Assembly: GCF_001194135.2 (NCBI RefSeq)
Contig: NC_068981.1
Coordinates: 154,237,249 to 154,301,248, forward strand
DNA: 64,000 nucleotides
Origin: Octopus bimaculoides
Taxonomy: Eukaryota
Direction of reading: 5' to 3'
In this document: piece by piece, positions 26,701-41,712 of the stretch
Layout of the letters: the number at the start of each line of letters is the position of its first letter
Numbering within the stretch: position 1 is the first letter of the stretch
The notes under the pieces: model-generated
The model's input: only the letters and a program-made list of their open reading frames with translations
Databases searched by the model: none
What the model was told of the DNA's origin: nothing
Made by a program: the position numbers and the translations under genes

Positions 26701-29700
26701 AATATGGCCCTATTACACATAGTGTGCTATGTTGATTCTTATTGTGTGTTACATTTAGGGTAAAACTGTCAGTGAAATATTTAGTCACCTATATTATAAT
26801 CCAATGAGTAGACATTTCCATTGACTAACAGTTGGAATAACATTGCTGAAATTGAGTTATGCAAACCTCTGTTTTGATTAATGCTTTTAACAATTTGAAA
26901 GTTAGCCTTCCTTTTGGAAACAATAATAAAGGTTAGTGATGCAGATAAAATGTTATGCAATATTGTCAGATTTACACCAGTTTGAAAAATCAAGGGGCAA
27001 ATGGTTGCTGATGTTGATATATTATTTTCCTATATATGTAACAATTTTAGAAAATGCAATTAAAATTACAAAGAAAGCAAGCAAGAATATCATTCTCTGT
27101 TATATTCATTTGTATAAAAATTTATCCAGTGTACATACTTTAGTTAACAGACATAGTGGAGTCCTTATTAGTTGTAAAGATTTCAAAGAGTAAATGTTAT
27201 GCTTTTACATTTTCTTTTACTTTGTTGAGAAATGTGTATTTCTAATTCAAACTGAACACTGGATAAAATTACCTGTTGAGTTTCTTTGCAGTTTCAGAAA
27301 TACATGTTGGTAAATATTTAGTTGGTTTATCTTTGTCTTAGAATAGCATTTTTGGAATTATTGCCAACTTAGTTTGAGACTGGTGTCTGTTTGTAGAGAA
27401 CTGAGTGAGGTGTTTTGAATATAAATTGTTAGTAAGAGGATAATCTAATCGTTAGTTCATAAATACAATTGCACTTAATGAATTTAACTTAAAATAGATT
27501 AATTTAGATGTAATAGCCTTCACCTAATTATTGTGATAAATCCTTTCCAATGTATCTTTGTTTTATGAGTTTAGTAGTTATTTGCAATCTGATATGTGGC
27601 AAATTTAGCTTGATATTTTGTAACATTCTTTAGTGTTTATATTTCTTTGGGGAAAGTTTTTGTTGTTGTTTTGTGCTAGGTTACTGATTGCAGAAGTTTC
27701 TAATGTGAAATACTTTTTCCTTTCAAATTTTTGGCTCATCTTATGCTACACTTCTTGCTTGTTAAACCTTAAATAACTACTGCGATATCTTCTTGAAATG
27801 TTTCCAATTTTTTCTCAGTTTACATGTGGAATAGCTTTCAGATTGTGAGTGCTTATATCTTACCTAAGCTTTACGTAAGATATAAATCTTTTGGATTATC
27901 TAACTCTTTATGCATTATTTTACTTCAAAGAGTAAATTTGTTTTTTTTACTTTTGGCTTTAATCTTAGAGATTATCTTCTGCAAATAATGTTTTTTTTAA
28001 AATTTATTTTTTAGTGCTGTCACACAACAAAATCATAAGTAAATCTGTGTCTATGTGTATGTAACACAGTTGTTTAATTACTAATTTACATAAATTTCAA
28101 TACAAATTATTACCTTAACATTTATTATTATTACATAGGAAAGGTGATTTCTTAAATATATTTTTACAACTATGAAATTAAGATGTTAGTATTTTTAAAC
28201 TTTTTAAGAGTATTTTTTTTTTACTTAAAATTAGAGTTGAAGGAATGTAATGTAAATAGTTTTTTGTCTATTTATAAATGTTGAGCACTTTCCAAAGTGA
28301 AAAGCAGAGTTGTGATATCTTGATCTAACTAATACTTTAGAAACCAAAGTATGGCAATTTCAGAACTATGCCATTTGACTTATTTCTAATATCTTTTCTT
28401 CAACATTAGTGCTTACATATAAAATGAATTCAAATTTATCTTAGGTCTTATAATTCCATTAGTAGCATCCTTGTTTTTGTTGCTATGTAGCTGTTGGTCA
28501 GCTCTGATTAAGCAGTTTTAGTCATCCAAATGACAAAACACAAACTACACATCCACCTTCCCAGTTATATTAGATTTCTAAATGGTTGAGGACCATACTG
28601 CACATTCTAACATGTAGTCGTGAATCATATAGAATGCATGTGACATAAAATCGCATGACATGTGATGAAAACTTTTATCAAAATATTTTCAAAGGGTTCA
28701 AGTAATTTGACCATTAGAAGTAAATGAGAGGAATATAAGAGGTGGTAATAATCATCTCAATCATCAGAGATTAAATGCAATTAAAAATGATATAGACAAC
28801 ATTCAAGTTTCCATGGAATAGGAATCTGAAATAATTTTCTCATTTTCATTTCCTCCTGGTATTATTTTATGATTCATACTGTATAACCTTGTCTTGCTTA
28901 ATAGTCTCAAGGTTATGCTGATTTGTTGTTATACCTATATCCTCTTGTAAAAAAAAATGAAATGTAGAATTCTAAATATTGGGTAACTTTGTTCACTTTA
29001 AATTAGTTAATTGTAACACACACACACACGCACACACACACCATTACTATCAGCATTTCAATGTTTGTTTTGTCATACTTACACTGATGGATGGGTTTTA
29101 TCCAACATTGTGTTGATAGTCATCACAGTTCTTTGTGTAGTATCCTCAGGTCAGTTTTCACCACTTCACTCTTGGTCTTCTCATAGACCTTCCTCTTCCT
29201 CATGTTTCATTCACCTTGACTGCCCTGCATTATTTTATGCAGCTGTTATTTGCCATGTGCCCATACCAGTGCAGTCTTCTCACTTGCACTTCATATCTGA
29301 TACTTATATTCAGTTTTTGTTTCAGCTTACTTGTGCCCTTTCATTCATACACATTAACTTTATATATCTATCAGATTATGCTTGCTTCATAATCAGTGGG
29401 GACAATGTTTGATGCTAGTTTGGTGGCAGGAATTGATGGAAGTAAGACATAATTTCACTGCCTAAGAGCTTCCACTCTAGATTTTCTGCTTACATTTTGC
29501 TCCTTAGCTTATGCTCAGATGTATCTTATATATAAATGAACTCATCATCATCACCATAATGTCATGCAACCACGCCTGTGTCTATGTATATATTTGTAGT
29601 TAAGAAGTGACTATACATATGTATGTGTGTGTCAGCATAGCTGTGTGGTTAAGTTGCTGGACATTCATGTGGTTCTAGGCTACATGTCACCTTGTGATAT

Positions 29701-29790
29701 TTCCTCATGACCAGACATGTTTTTGCAGAAGATGGGAAGGAAACATGAATTGTATGACAGTGGCATTCATTAACAACTATTATGCAATAT

Positions 29791-29831
<41 letters not shown>

Positions 29832-30950
29832 CTTTTGATTTTTATCTACCAAACTCACTCACAAGGTTTTGGTTGACCCTGGACTGTAGTAGAAGAGTAG
29901 AAAATACTTGTCCAAGGAGCCGCTCATGGGACTTAGCCTGGAAGCATGTGGTTGGGTAGCAAACTTCTTAAGCACATGATGAATGTATATGTGTTTCATT
30001 TCCCATAGACCACATTACTTCAAAAGTAGCCCAGTATAATATTATTGACTCTTGGTTAGTCAAGATACCTTGATCTTGTATGAATTTGTTTTATGCTTTT
30101 GGTTAATTTATCTATCTCCAGAAAGGATCATATGGTTAAGGAAGAAATCTTTATTAACCTAAATCTAGTTTTGTTTGAAATTTTTTAAATGGGAACTGAC
30201 ACTTCAATGATAGAAAAGCAGAATTTGTATGAAAAAATATATATAATTTTTTAACTTTGATATTCTTTTCCTCCAGAATTTTATTTTGATATGAAAGAAA
30301 TATTAATTTTGGACTTGAGCTTTTACTCTTTTATCGAAGAATACTTTTTAATTTGTATTTTTGCTTTTATAATATATTTAAAAAATTATTTTCATATATG
30401 ATGCATTTCCAATTAAACTCTGAAATGTTTTTGTTTGTTTTATATTTTGATATGAACTGATTTTGTTTGTTTTATATTTTAATAACTTGTTGCTTACAAC
30501 TAAATCTAAATAAATTGTTTGTGTTGACAGGAAGGAATTACAGTTACAGTGGATACTTAAAATACATACATTTTCCAAAGCAATTTATGGAGGAAATCAA
30601 GCTTAACTTTTTAAAAGTGAGTAAATAATCTTTTCAGTAAAAAGGTTTAATCAGGAAGTAGCTAACCTTATTTATTCATGTTCAATATGAAAAATTTGAT
30701 ATGAAACATCAAGATAAAAATCGTAGGGAAATATATTCTCATGTAAAGAAAAAAAAAAAAAATTAGAAGTGGTTAAGGTATGTTATTGATTTTCATATAC
30801 TAAAAGGGCTCACATTATATTCAAGATTGCATTGTATTCAAGTAAAAAACAGTATGTCAGAAATACTATCCATTAGGAGTCTACACATACTCACATATAA
30901 ATATATGTACATTTATATATCGTATGAAAATGTTATTATGCTTGCACATG

Positions 30951-31010
<60 letters not shown>

Positions 31011-31144
31011 NNNNNNNNNNNNNNNNNNNNNNNNNNNNNNNNNNNNNNNNNNNNNNNNNNNATATGTATGTATGTTTATATATATATGTGTGTGTATATA
31101 TATGTGTGTGTGTGTGTGTATATATATATGTGTGTATATATATG

Positions 31145-31175
<31 letters not shown>

Positions 31176-31411
31176 GTATATATATATGTATATATGTATA
31201 TATCATCATCATCATCATCGTCGTTTAACGTCCGCTTTCCATGCTAGCATGGGTTGGATGATTTGACTGAGGACTGGTGAAATCAGATGGCTACATCAGG
31301 CTCTAATCTGATTTGGCAGAGTTTCTACAGCTGGATGCCCTACCTAACGCCAACCACTCCGAGAGTGTAGTGGGTGCTTTTACGTGCCACCGGCACGAAG
31401 GCCAGTCAGGC

Positions 31412-31448
<37 letters not shown>

Positions 31449-31671
31449 TAGACAAAAACAGATAACAAAGCCATGGCTGTGAGGAGTTTTCAGAATATTT
31501 ATAAGGAATGAGATCGTCTTACAGCTGTTTCTGGGATATTATGGATATCCCTTCATCAGAGACGATGTGAGAGAAGTAAATGGAAAAGGAGGAGATAGGG
31601 AAAATAGAGGGAAATAAGAGAATGAAAGTAGAAATAACATCTAAAATATTGTAGTTGCAGTTCCATTATTG

Positions 31672-31710
<39 letters not shown>

Positions 31711-31838
31711 GGCTAATACAAGACCCACATTAAACTTCTAACTCATATTATGATCGAACCAAGAGTTTAATTATGGTCTGTCCTTAGCACTTATTTAGCA
31801 TTACCTGCCACTCTTTGGGTCTTCTAGATACCAATACC

Positions 31839-31894
<56 letters not shown>

Positions 31895-32516
31895 CCCTTG
31901 TCAAGGGTATCACCATTAGTACCCTGCTGCTAACATTCCTCTGGCTTCCCTAACTTGTGCACCCTCTCTCTTCAACCTTTCTCTGTCTTTATAGATGTTG
32001 CCTACCTACCTCCTTCTCCCCCAATTTCTCTATCTCTTCCCCCATACACTTTTGTACTCCCCCCCATACTATTCTTCTTACCTGAGGTACCACCTGGACA
32101 CCTCATCACCAGTATCTATCTCTTTGGCAATACTACCAGGCCATTCTCACTCTCTCTCCTGAATGTGAGTAGCTGTGTAGCTCCTCTCATTGGCTACTTA
32201 CATGTGTGCGTGTGTGTGTGTGTGTGTGCAAATGTGAATGAATATTGACATTAAACAGCTTCACTTGTTACCACTTGAAATGGTGCTGTGATGTTTATAT
32301 TCCTTGATAACATTATGACCAGTCAGTGTTTGCTTTTGAAGACCTGTGGAATAAAAATATCCCATACTTGAAAAGCAGCTGAGAGTTGGCAACCAGGAAT
32401 AGTATCTGGCCATAAAATCCTGCTTCTATATTAACTTTAATTCAACCCCATGGTTGAACAAAAAGTTAATAGGAAAAACATGGATGTTAAATGAATGAAC
32501 ATATATATATATATAT

Positions 32517-32814
32517 ACAAAAACAATTGCAGTGTGGGAGGTATTTATAAGCCATTTAAAATGACACACAAAAACTGTTAGATTCACTTCAACATTTAAA
32601 TTTAATTTGTCAAAATATTTTCATCATTTTGAAACCGTGACCTGTTCACTGACAAAATTCCATGCAGCACAGAATTTTGTCAGTGAACTGGTCGTCGTTT
32701 CAAAATGATGAAAATATTTTGACAAATTAAATTTAAATGTTGAAGTGAATCTAATGGATTTTGTGCGTATTTTAAATGGCTTATAAACACTTCCCATGCT
32801 GCAATTGTTTTTGT
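32517..32814. mobile_element. Foldback/palindromic MITE-like element
   Basis: Arms 32517-32660 and 32672-32814 are reverse complements with scattered mismatches; loop CATGCAGCACA. Confidence 0.8.
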
Positions 32815-35800
32815 TTTAGCACACAATCTCAGATCAAGTCACTTGCTATGCAAGTACATCTCCCTAATATATATTTATATATATATATATATATAGTCCT
32901 ACCCATGCATGCATGGAAGATGGACGTTAAACTGATAGTCTGGTTGGTCATGTGATCACATGATACACACAAACACACACACACACCATCATGATCATCA
33001 TCAACAACAACAACAAAAAAATAGGTATATGTATGTGTAATTTTAACCGGCTCACAAGCCAAAATCTAAAATTTGTGAACGTTTATTTATACTAGGCCTT
33101 TTTTTTTACCCAACAAGTTGTGAAATACCTTTCATAATCCATTGATGATTATGGCCAGGTATTGCAATAACTTAGGGTTCAAATTCCCTCCACTTTTCAA
33201 TATCCTATTGAAAGACTTAAGGGATCTACATAGTATGGATGTAGATATCTTCAAAAGAACAACTGGAACTAGAATTACTGATGAACCTATTTTGCAGCAA
33301 GAAACATAACTGAAGGCAACAACTTCAAGATCCTTCGTTCAACAAATGTGTGTGTGTGTGTGTGTGTGTTGTGTCATGCAGAGAAAGAGAAAAGAAAGAG
33401 AGCGGATGGCGGAAGAATAATTCAATTCAATTTATTTATTTTGATCACAAAATTAGAGCAAATTACAATATATAAATGCACTGGAGTTATATTCTAAAGG
33501 TCATAGGTCTAAATTTTTGTAATAGGAAATAAAATATTTTGAGTCATTAATCATTTTATCTGTAATTGAAATGAGTAATGCATAACCATCCCAGTTCATT
33601 CATAATCAGGAGAAAACAGACCATTCATTTTGTTGAAACACCTATTTTAAGAACAAATACAAATGTCAAATATATTTTTAAGTTGTCGAATGTATATATA
33701 CACATGTGTACGTGTGTTTGCTCTCTCTCTCAGAAAGGATTGATGTATTCTTTTATTGGTTCCAGTCAATTGATTGTGGCCATTGTGGGGTACTGCCTTT
33801 AAGAGATTTAGTTAATCATATTGACCCTGTTATTTATTTCAGTATTGTATTTTTCTATTGATCTCTGATTATTGAATGACTAAGTTACTTTTGACATAAG
33901 GGATTACAACTCATTGTGCTGTTTTACATTGGTATGCACACACACACAGAGAAACACACACAGAGAAACACACACACAGATACACACACACGCATTGTAC
34001 ACTGTCTCTCTGCCATATTTCACTCATAAGGCATTGATCAACCCATGGTTACATTCACAGACTCTTTCCCAAGGTGCCATATATAGGGATCAAAGCTTTT
34101 TTTATATTTAATCTTTTGTTTGCAACCAGTCCATCTCCATAAATTTCAATAGTTTTCATTCAGCTGAAATGTCATAGTAACCTAGACGCCTTGTAATAAA
34201 TATTAGGGAAATGTTCCCCATACAATTTTGAAGGCAATCTCTGTTACAATTTGTTTCAAATTAAATCAGTTACTGTCTTGACTTTAAAAGAAGTGAACAT
34301 TAATAGTAGTTATTGAATAAATTGCATAGTTATTATCAGTTGTATATTTCTAATCATTTTACTTCTTCCAGTCCATTGGGCTGCAGCCATGTTGAAACAG
34401 ATAGTGATTTAGAAGCCTTATTGTATTTTGTTTTGACATTCTTCATCAGAACTTTCCAAGCACATACATCACTTAGGAAATTATCAGATTCATATTTTGT
34501 GCTATTTTGATTGCACACCAGTAATAAAATAATTGATAATACATAATTGTGCTTTATAAATTTTAATAAATTGAGCAAAATCAAAATATGCTTACTATTT
34601 TAATGAGATACATGTATGTAATTACCACAATTCCTGAATAGTTGTTGGAATATTCATCCGCTGGATGTGTAATGTCAGTGTGCCGGTGGCATGTGAAAAG
34701 CACCCACTACACTCTCGGAGTGGTTGGCATTAGGAAGGGCATCCAGCTGGAGAAACTTTGCCAGATGAAATTGGAGCCTTCTGGCTTGCCAGCCCCCAGT
34801 CAAACCATCTAACCCATGCCAGTATGGAAAGTGAACATTAAATGACGATGATGATGATGATGACACCTGCATTTCATCATTTAAAACTTAGACTTCAGAA
34901 TTGCAGTGTTTTAAAATTTTTCCATAGTTAACAGTCTCAGTGTATGTAGGTAGTAGAAAGTAGCAGAAATATTTTAAGTGCTATTTTAGCTATATTGGAA
35001 CGCTTGTCTGAAATGTTAATCCAGAAACTAGCTACTTCACTCACTTATATATCAATTATATACACCAGTTATCTTTTATTTCAGTGTTTCTTAAAGTTGG
35101 ATGTTGTAGTTGGAATAACTAGATTTCTGATCTAATTGTATTGTTTCATTTTGATATTTGGGAAGTAATTATTTGCCCACTTCTCAAGCATTGCTAAATG
35201 ATTAAAAATTAAAGAACTAATATCTCATTTTAAGTTGCATTCATAGGTTTTGGAAAACATTTGAAGAATTTTCTATTTCAGTTTTCTTACCTATTTTGTC
35301 TCACATTGTGCAAATCTTATCTTTTCTCTCCCCGCTTGCGTTTTGGTATTTATATTATTTAAATGTTAGAAAGATATATGTTAGAAATGAGTGTGAAAGA
35401 TATATTAATTTTGTGCACCAAAATTCATTTTGAAGTAAATCACAAAATTCAGTTTGACAGTTCTCTTGAAAAAGTCTAATCATCATTCTCTTATATCATA
35501 TACACAACAAAGCACTTGACTTCTTGAGAGCCAATGAACTTTAGTGTACAAAATCAGTTTTATAACCTTGCTTCCATCTTTTTCTAAATATGCAAATGAA
35601 CTTGTTTCAAGAGATCTATTTTTAACATAATTAGGCTTTTTAATGACTTGTTCCATAACTAATTATAATTTATTTATAATTGTTTGGGCAACTTATATGT
35701 CATGATGTAAAAAGCAATTAATGGTTAGAATACTTACAACTTCTGTCTTTGCCAGTGCTGTAAAGCCATTTGATAAACCACTGATTGAGAGTGCATCATC

Positions 35801-37764
35801 TGTATATAATTTTATACAATTAGTTCATTGCAAAATGTTTTTCTTCAAAAAGCTAAAATTTTAAATATATGTTCACTTCTGCTTTTTAAGAGAAATTTTT
35901 GAATGAAACATATAAAGCAATTTTTGTGCTGACTTACATCTGTTGACTCATCTATGTGTAATGCAAACAGTCTATTATCTTTTGTTAAAATATCTTTTGT
36001 ATGCATTTTAATATCTTTAGACATATCTCGAATCTGTCTTTCAATCTTATTGTATGTTAAAAGAATTCTTTTTTTTTTTCATTTTGAATTCAAATTTTGA
36101 CCCAAGCATTGTTAAAAACTGTTGCACAACAAGGTGGTTTCTGAAACTGTATGTGGGTCCTTGTTTTAGGCTATTGACTAAGCAACCAAGTAACCTAATT
36201 TTTAAAATTTTCTTAATAAATAATGTGGATTATTTCATAGAAGATTTTGAAAGCTCTTTGAAGTATTCTAAGAGCTTTCCTGACAGACAGTTATATTTGG
36301 GGATAAAATGGGTATTCGTTATATTTGGCACCATACTCATTTGCAACTACATCACCACCAATCAAAAACACTCAAAACCTGTTTCTTGCAATCTTTGAAA
36401 AAGAAAAAAAACTTAGAAATTTTGCATGTACATTTCTCACCTACAAATGCTTTCTGTATTGGATTCTTGACAAATTTTATTTGTTGGTACTACATTCCAT
36501 TAATTTTCACAATTACCTTCAACAGCTTTTTGTTTCTTAACTAAAATTTTACACATTTTTATCCAAGAGCTTTGTAAAAATTTTAATACAAAAACTAGAA
36601 AATGAGAGAAGATTGGAATAGAATGATTTTACTAGCTTGTTAAAAAAAAAAAAAGTGACAAAAATTTTCCTACACACCTGCAGAAGTTTGTGTCCAAGTG
36701 GACAGCATTCCTCTTCTTCCTGCTACTAATACTACCACCACCACCACCATCACAATCATCATCGTCATGCACTCTGTAGAAATCCATTAAGTTGACAGTG
36801 ACCCAGCCACTCCTGCCACAAATTTGACCTAAGTTACTGCTGAACAGATATTGTCTCCCCAAATATTACTTCTGGTCACACATCCATTGAACTTGTAACA
36901 GTCTTTCTGAAGAACAGGGAACATATAAAAATAATAGTATTTATGAATATTCACTGCAAATATCAGTGTTTAAACCCCCAAATTAAATTCCTAAATAAAT
37001 TGTCTGTAAAAATTCAACAATTCAACAAAATACTTGACTTTTGATAACAAGGCAACATGTATTAGCGAAAACATCCGAAACTTGCAAAATGTTAATCTTA
37101 TCATAATAATCTTTGTATTATTAGTAAGAAGATGTAGAAAATTCTGATAAAATATTGTGACTAAACTGTGTGCAACAGGAGATATTTGTTTTTGGAATTT
37201 TGTTAAAGCTTATAACTGTCCCCTTCTCTCTTTTGCTACTTACATTGTTTTAACACTCCCATCCCTTTGTGTATTGACGTCTAACTACAAAGAGGTTTTG
37301 ATTGAACAAAGTACCAGTCAAATTTAATTTATTGTGGTCTCAAAACCTTAAAATATAATATGAATAATAATGGTACTTTCAGTGAAATTGTACAGTAATA
37401 GTAATATAAAATTCATAAGATTTGTATAATTTCATGACATACCTAAAGATTATTGGCCACACAACTTGGAAAACTCTGCTCCAAGTTTTGAGTTCATCTT
37501 TCAACAAAAGTAGCACCAGTGTTGGTCTTAGCTTCAAACGGCTATAAACCTCTCTAAAAGACTGTCCTTAAGTCTAGTTAAAGGAGATCATTATTATCTA
37601 TGTGATAAATAATCCTCTTAATTTTTTTTAGATTATTTCATGCAGTTTCATTATTTGTTTTACTGTCTTTTTACGCTCAACGCTAGTATTTGGAAAACAG
37701 TTAAGTTAAAGTACTGTCTTTAAAAACAGAATCTGTAAAGCAGGAATTGCTTTATTTTACTAAC

Positions 37765-37799
37765 CTGGAACTTAGCCAGTAAAACTGGCTAAGTTCCAG
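37765..37799. repeat. Perfect 16-bp inverted repeat, 3-nt loop
   Basis: CTGGAACTTAGCCAGT-AAA-ACTGGCTAAGTTCCAG. Confidence 0.95.
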
Positions 37800-37951
37800 T
37801 ACCACACTATCTAGAAAAGTTTGATCTTTACTTGAAAATCCTGAATTTTCATGTATAGTAAATGATTGTTCATCAGTAATAGCCCTTAAGAATAAACTTT
37901 TGTTCTCAAATAGACTCTCTCCTATTTGGCTGTTGTTCATATGCATTCTAG

Positions 37952-37996
37952 TCATTTGTAATACTGGAGATTAACAATAATGGAGATTTCAGCTAG
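37952..37996 (+). other. Candidate upstream exon (5' UTR or alternative start MEISA)
   Basis: cattctag|...ATGGAGATTTCAGCTAG|GTATGT; ATG 37980 has A at -3 and G at +4; strong donor. No transcript evidence. Confidence 0.35.
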
Positions 37997-38399
37997 GTAT
38001 GTTTTTCTTTGATAAACCTAAAAAGAAATTATTGTATTGTCTGTGAATGCTTTCTTCACCATAAGTTCTTTGTAATTTTCTTTTTTATAACACTAGATTT
38101 GTTTTAGTGAGTAATATTTTAGTGAATCACTGTGGTCTTTGTGATGAGATTGTTTATAAATATTTTTAAAAATAAAATCCACATGGAAAAGCAGATGTGA
38201 AAATATGGTGATAATTTTGAAGTTGAATAGATTTGATTTATAATAATGAGTTACTACAATAAACATGTATGTTTAGAAATGCTGGTTTTGAAGGTAATAA
38301 TTAACTCCAGGAATATTATAATGTATGTACTAATAAGTAGTATGAATCAAGGGATTCGTTAACATTTCAAAAATGTCTTTATATATAAACAATTCACCC

Positions 38400-41300
38400 A
38401 CCTCTGACCTGTATCTGTGGACTTCAATCCAGTTTGGATCTTAACAACCATCTTTTATGGTTGATAGTACACAAACTACATGTCTTATTCTTCTTTGGGA
38501 CACAAATCTCTCAACCACTTTCTTTAATCCATCTCTGCTCTTCAGGTTACACTTTATGTCATAACTATTTTCATATACGTGGCATCTCTCTATATAGAAT
38601 ACACTCTTCCTATCACTCACTTGAACTTCAGCATCAATGTCTACTACTTACTCTAGTTGAAAATTACTCTTTTCTGTTTATCCATGTTAATTCATATCAA
38701 CTGCTCTTCAAACTTTCTGAACAGCTAACAACTATTCAACTATCCTCATTGAGGACATCTATCTCAGTTCACCTCTCTCTGAAGTCCTCATCCTTGGTGA
38801 TTTTAATACACATAATTCTTCTTAGTTTTCGCACTCTCTCCCACACTCATACTGTTGATGTAGAGGCTAGATCATTTGCCATTCTGAATAATCTTCCTAA
38901 GTTAGTATCCTCACCTACCTATATCACTGACTGAGTCACAGACTCTCCAAACATTCTTGATCATTTTCTCATCTTCAATATCAGATTTTTCTCAGCCATT
39001 ACCATCTCTGTACCTGTCAAGATAACATCTCTGATATTTTCCTCTCACACAAATAAGTTAACTAATTGGAGCTGCACTAGTTGTATACTAATTATTCTTG
39101 GCAGGAAATGTTCTTGACATTTGACCTATCTGAAACAGTTAAGCATGCAACTGAAAACCATTCTCCTAGCATGTAATGAGAAACCATCTTCCACATTCTT
39201 CACCCTCAAATAGCAACACAACTACAATGGCAAGGCTGCACTACAAGCAAAAAAAAAAAACTGCCAAAAAAAAAAACAACACCTGGAAGAAGTTACCCAT
39301 TATCACCAACTGGAAGTTACGTAGCCATCACTGCAAAACAATCATCAAAAAAGAATAAGATGGACTTATGTACCACGTAACCTGCAAACTTTATTGCTTC
39401 ATAAATTATAGCAATGCCAGAAGGTATTGCCTTTGCAAGAGTGTCTGTACTAACTTGCAGAATCCACCTCTTACTTGCCATTCTTCAACTAAGGTATCCC
39501 TGAAGGTAGCTCTCTTGCTCTTCAATTTGCTTCCAACTCCACTTTTTACACTCAGAACAAAATTCTTGCTAACTCCTCTTTTTCTTCACTCTACTTGTCT
39601 CAATGCTTCATTACCAAGTGCAGAAATTTTTCTGATTGCTTTATCTTAACAAATTGGCTGGTTCTGACAGTAGGTCTACCCATTACCATCAAAAGGTATA
39701 TTCCATATCTTGTTCCCATCCTCTACAAACTCTTCTATTTTTGTATCTCTACAGAGGTCTGTCCTAATTTATGGAACCTTTAAGGATGAAATGTTTTCTT
39801 TTATATTATATATAAGCATTATCAAAACTACATTGCATTCCCTTCATCACCAGGGCCATAAAGTACTTCAGCTTTCATTAGTTGCTGATGCTCTACAGAG
39901 CTCAAATATGACCCACAATGGAGTACTGCTCAAAATATCTAGAAAGGTATTGCTACTACTTAGTCAAATGTCTAGACTGCACCATATACATCCTATATCA
40001 GTTGACATTGACCATGCATTTGCACATGTGTGCAGTCACTGCAAAATAGCTTTTGTGGAAGACTTGCAGTTGCCTATGCATGCAAGTCTTTTCTCTGCAC
40101 ACTAATTTTTATCCAAAGAAAGGCTGCTGACTTGGGCTGATACAGCTTGGCATAGTATCATTGCAAGTATTATTGTCAGAATGTTAAGTGGCACATCAGA
40201 TATCACAAAGTGCTTTTCCCAACCCTCTAACATTTCTGCTAATTCACTGCTCTGGATTGGTGCATTTTTATAAACTTTGGAAGAATGAAAGGCACAGTTA
40301 ACGTAGAATTTGAACTCAGAGTGCAGAGAGCCAGGACAATAACTTCGAGGCATTCCATCCAATGCTTTAATGACTCTTCTGACTTGATGCCTCAAGACTG
40401 TATCAAAAATATTCAGTTGATTAGCAAAAATTTACTTCCCCAATTCATGAAAAACTAGCTTAATTCATCTTTGATTCATCTCTCTGCTGCTTTCTACATG
40501 CCCCTCCATCTAGTTCTTCATACCTGTCTCTCTTACTCTCATTACCCCTACCATTTTTTACCTCTCAAATTCTTCTCTGAGCATTTTTTCTAATTGTTTC
40601 TCTTCAGAGCTACAACAGTTTGACATTTCATCCTTGTGCACACTTTTCCTACAAACCTTTTGCTACCTATGTTGAAAATCTCACCACTGTCAGGAGGTCT
40701 GTGAAGATCACGAGCGCTGTCTGTATTATAACTTGTACAAAAAAGAATTCATGTTAATGATCTTCTGCTATTTAATGGGATTTACTTATACTTCATTGAA
40801 GCATGACTAGAAGCAAAGTTTTTAGCTTGATATCTTGTACTCATGATTAACAAAATATATATAGTAATCATGGTCTTTATAAACAAATATATTCTCTTTC
40901 TGTGCCTAAATGCCATTCCAAACCTTCTTACTTCCTTTATATCTAGTACTACCATTTAACTCCTGGTATATTTATTATTAGATCTGTACTGCATGTGGTT
41001 TTTATCTATACTAATTTGTTCTTTGTTCATACCATTTTTCACAATCATTCTTTTAGTTCCACTAAACCATTGTTAGAGCATTTTTCTTTGTTGCCTATGT
41101 TGTATTTTATATCTAGTTCTCTATGCTTTCCCATACATTTTAATTGATCTTCTTCCTTTAACTTTCTAAAATATTAATATCCAATCCCAACATCTTATTA
41201 TTCCATAATATTTTCCCTTTATATCATGATTTATTTTATTTAGAGTTCTTATATCTTTCAACCCTATCTCATTTGTTGCATTTGTCCTTGCAGTTCTTAA

Positions 41301-41700
41301 TAAATTGTTTGTTTCTGTTAGTGATTTGATTGATGACAGTTAATTTTCTTTGTGATCTCATTAAAACATTTCTGAAAGATGCATACCCATCAAAATCATT
41401 GTTTTTCATAAGTTCAACTATCATTGTCATTATCATTTGATTATCTTTAGTAAATATATCTCTTTTTTTCTGATAATTCTATCTCTGATTCTCTACATCA
41501 CCAACCCTGTATATTCTGCAATCTTTGGCATTTGTTAGCTCCTTATCAAAATTACCCATTGCTTTATTTCTTCAAACTAATTCTTTCAACTATCCATTTT
41601 CCCTAACTACCCTATCTTGATCACAAATTCTCTACTCTTGATCTCTACCTCTATTCTCTCACTGTAATTCCAACTAGAGTCACTGGATTACTTTGATAGT
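38400..41700 (-). mobile_element. Old LINE-like relics, family unresolved
   Basis: Pyrimidine-skewed degenerate sequence with fragments such as DGYASFRN reminiscent of APE endonuclease; interrupted by SINE and MITE insertions. Confidence 0.3.
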
Positions 41701-41712
41701 AACATTCTATAT

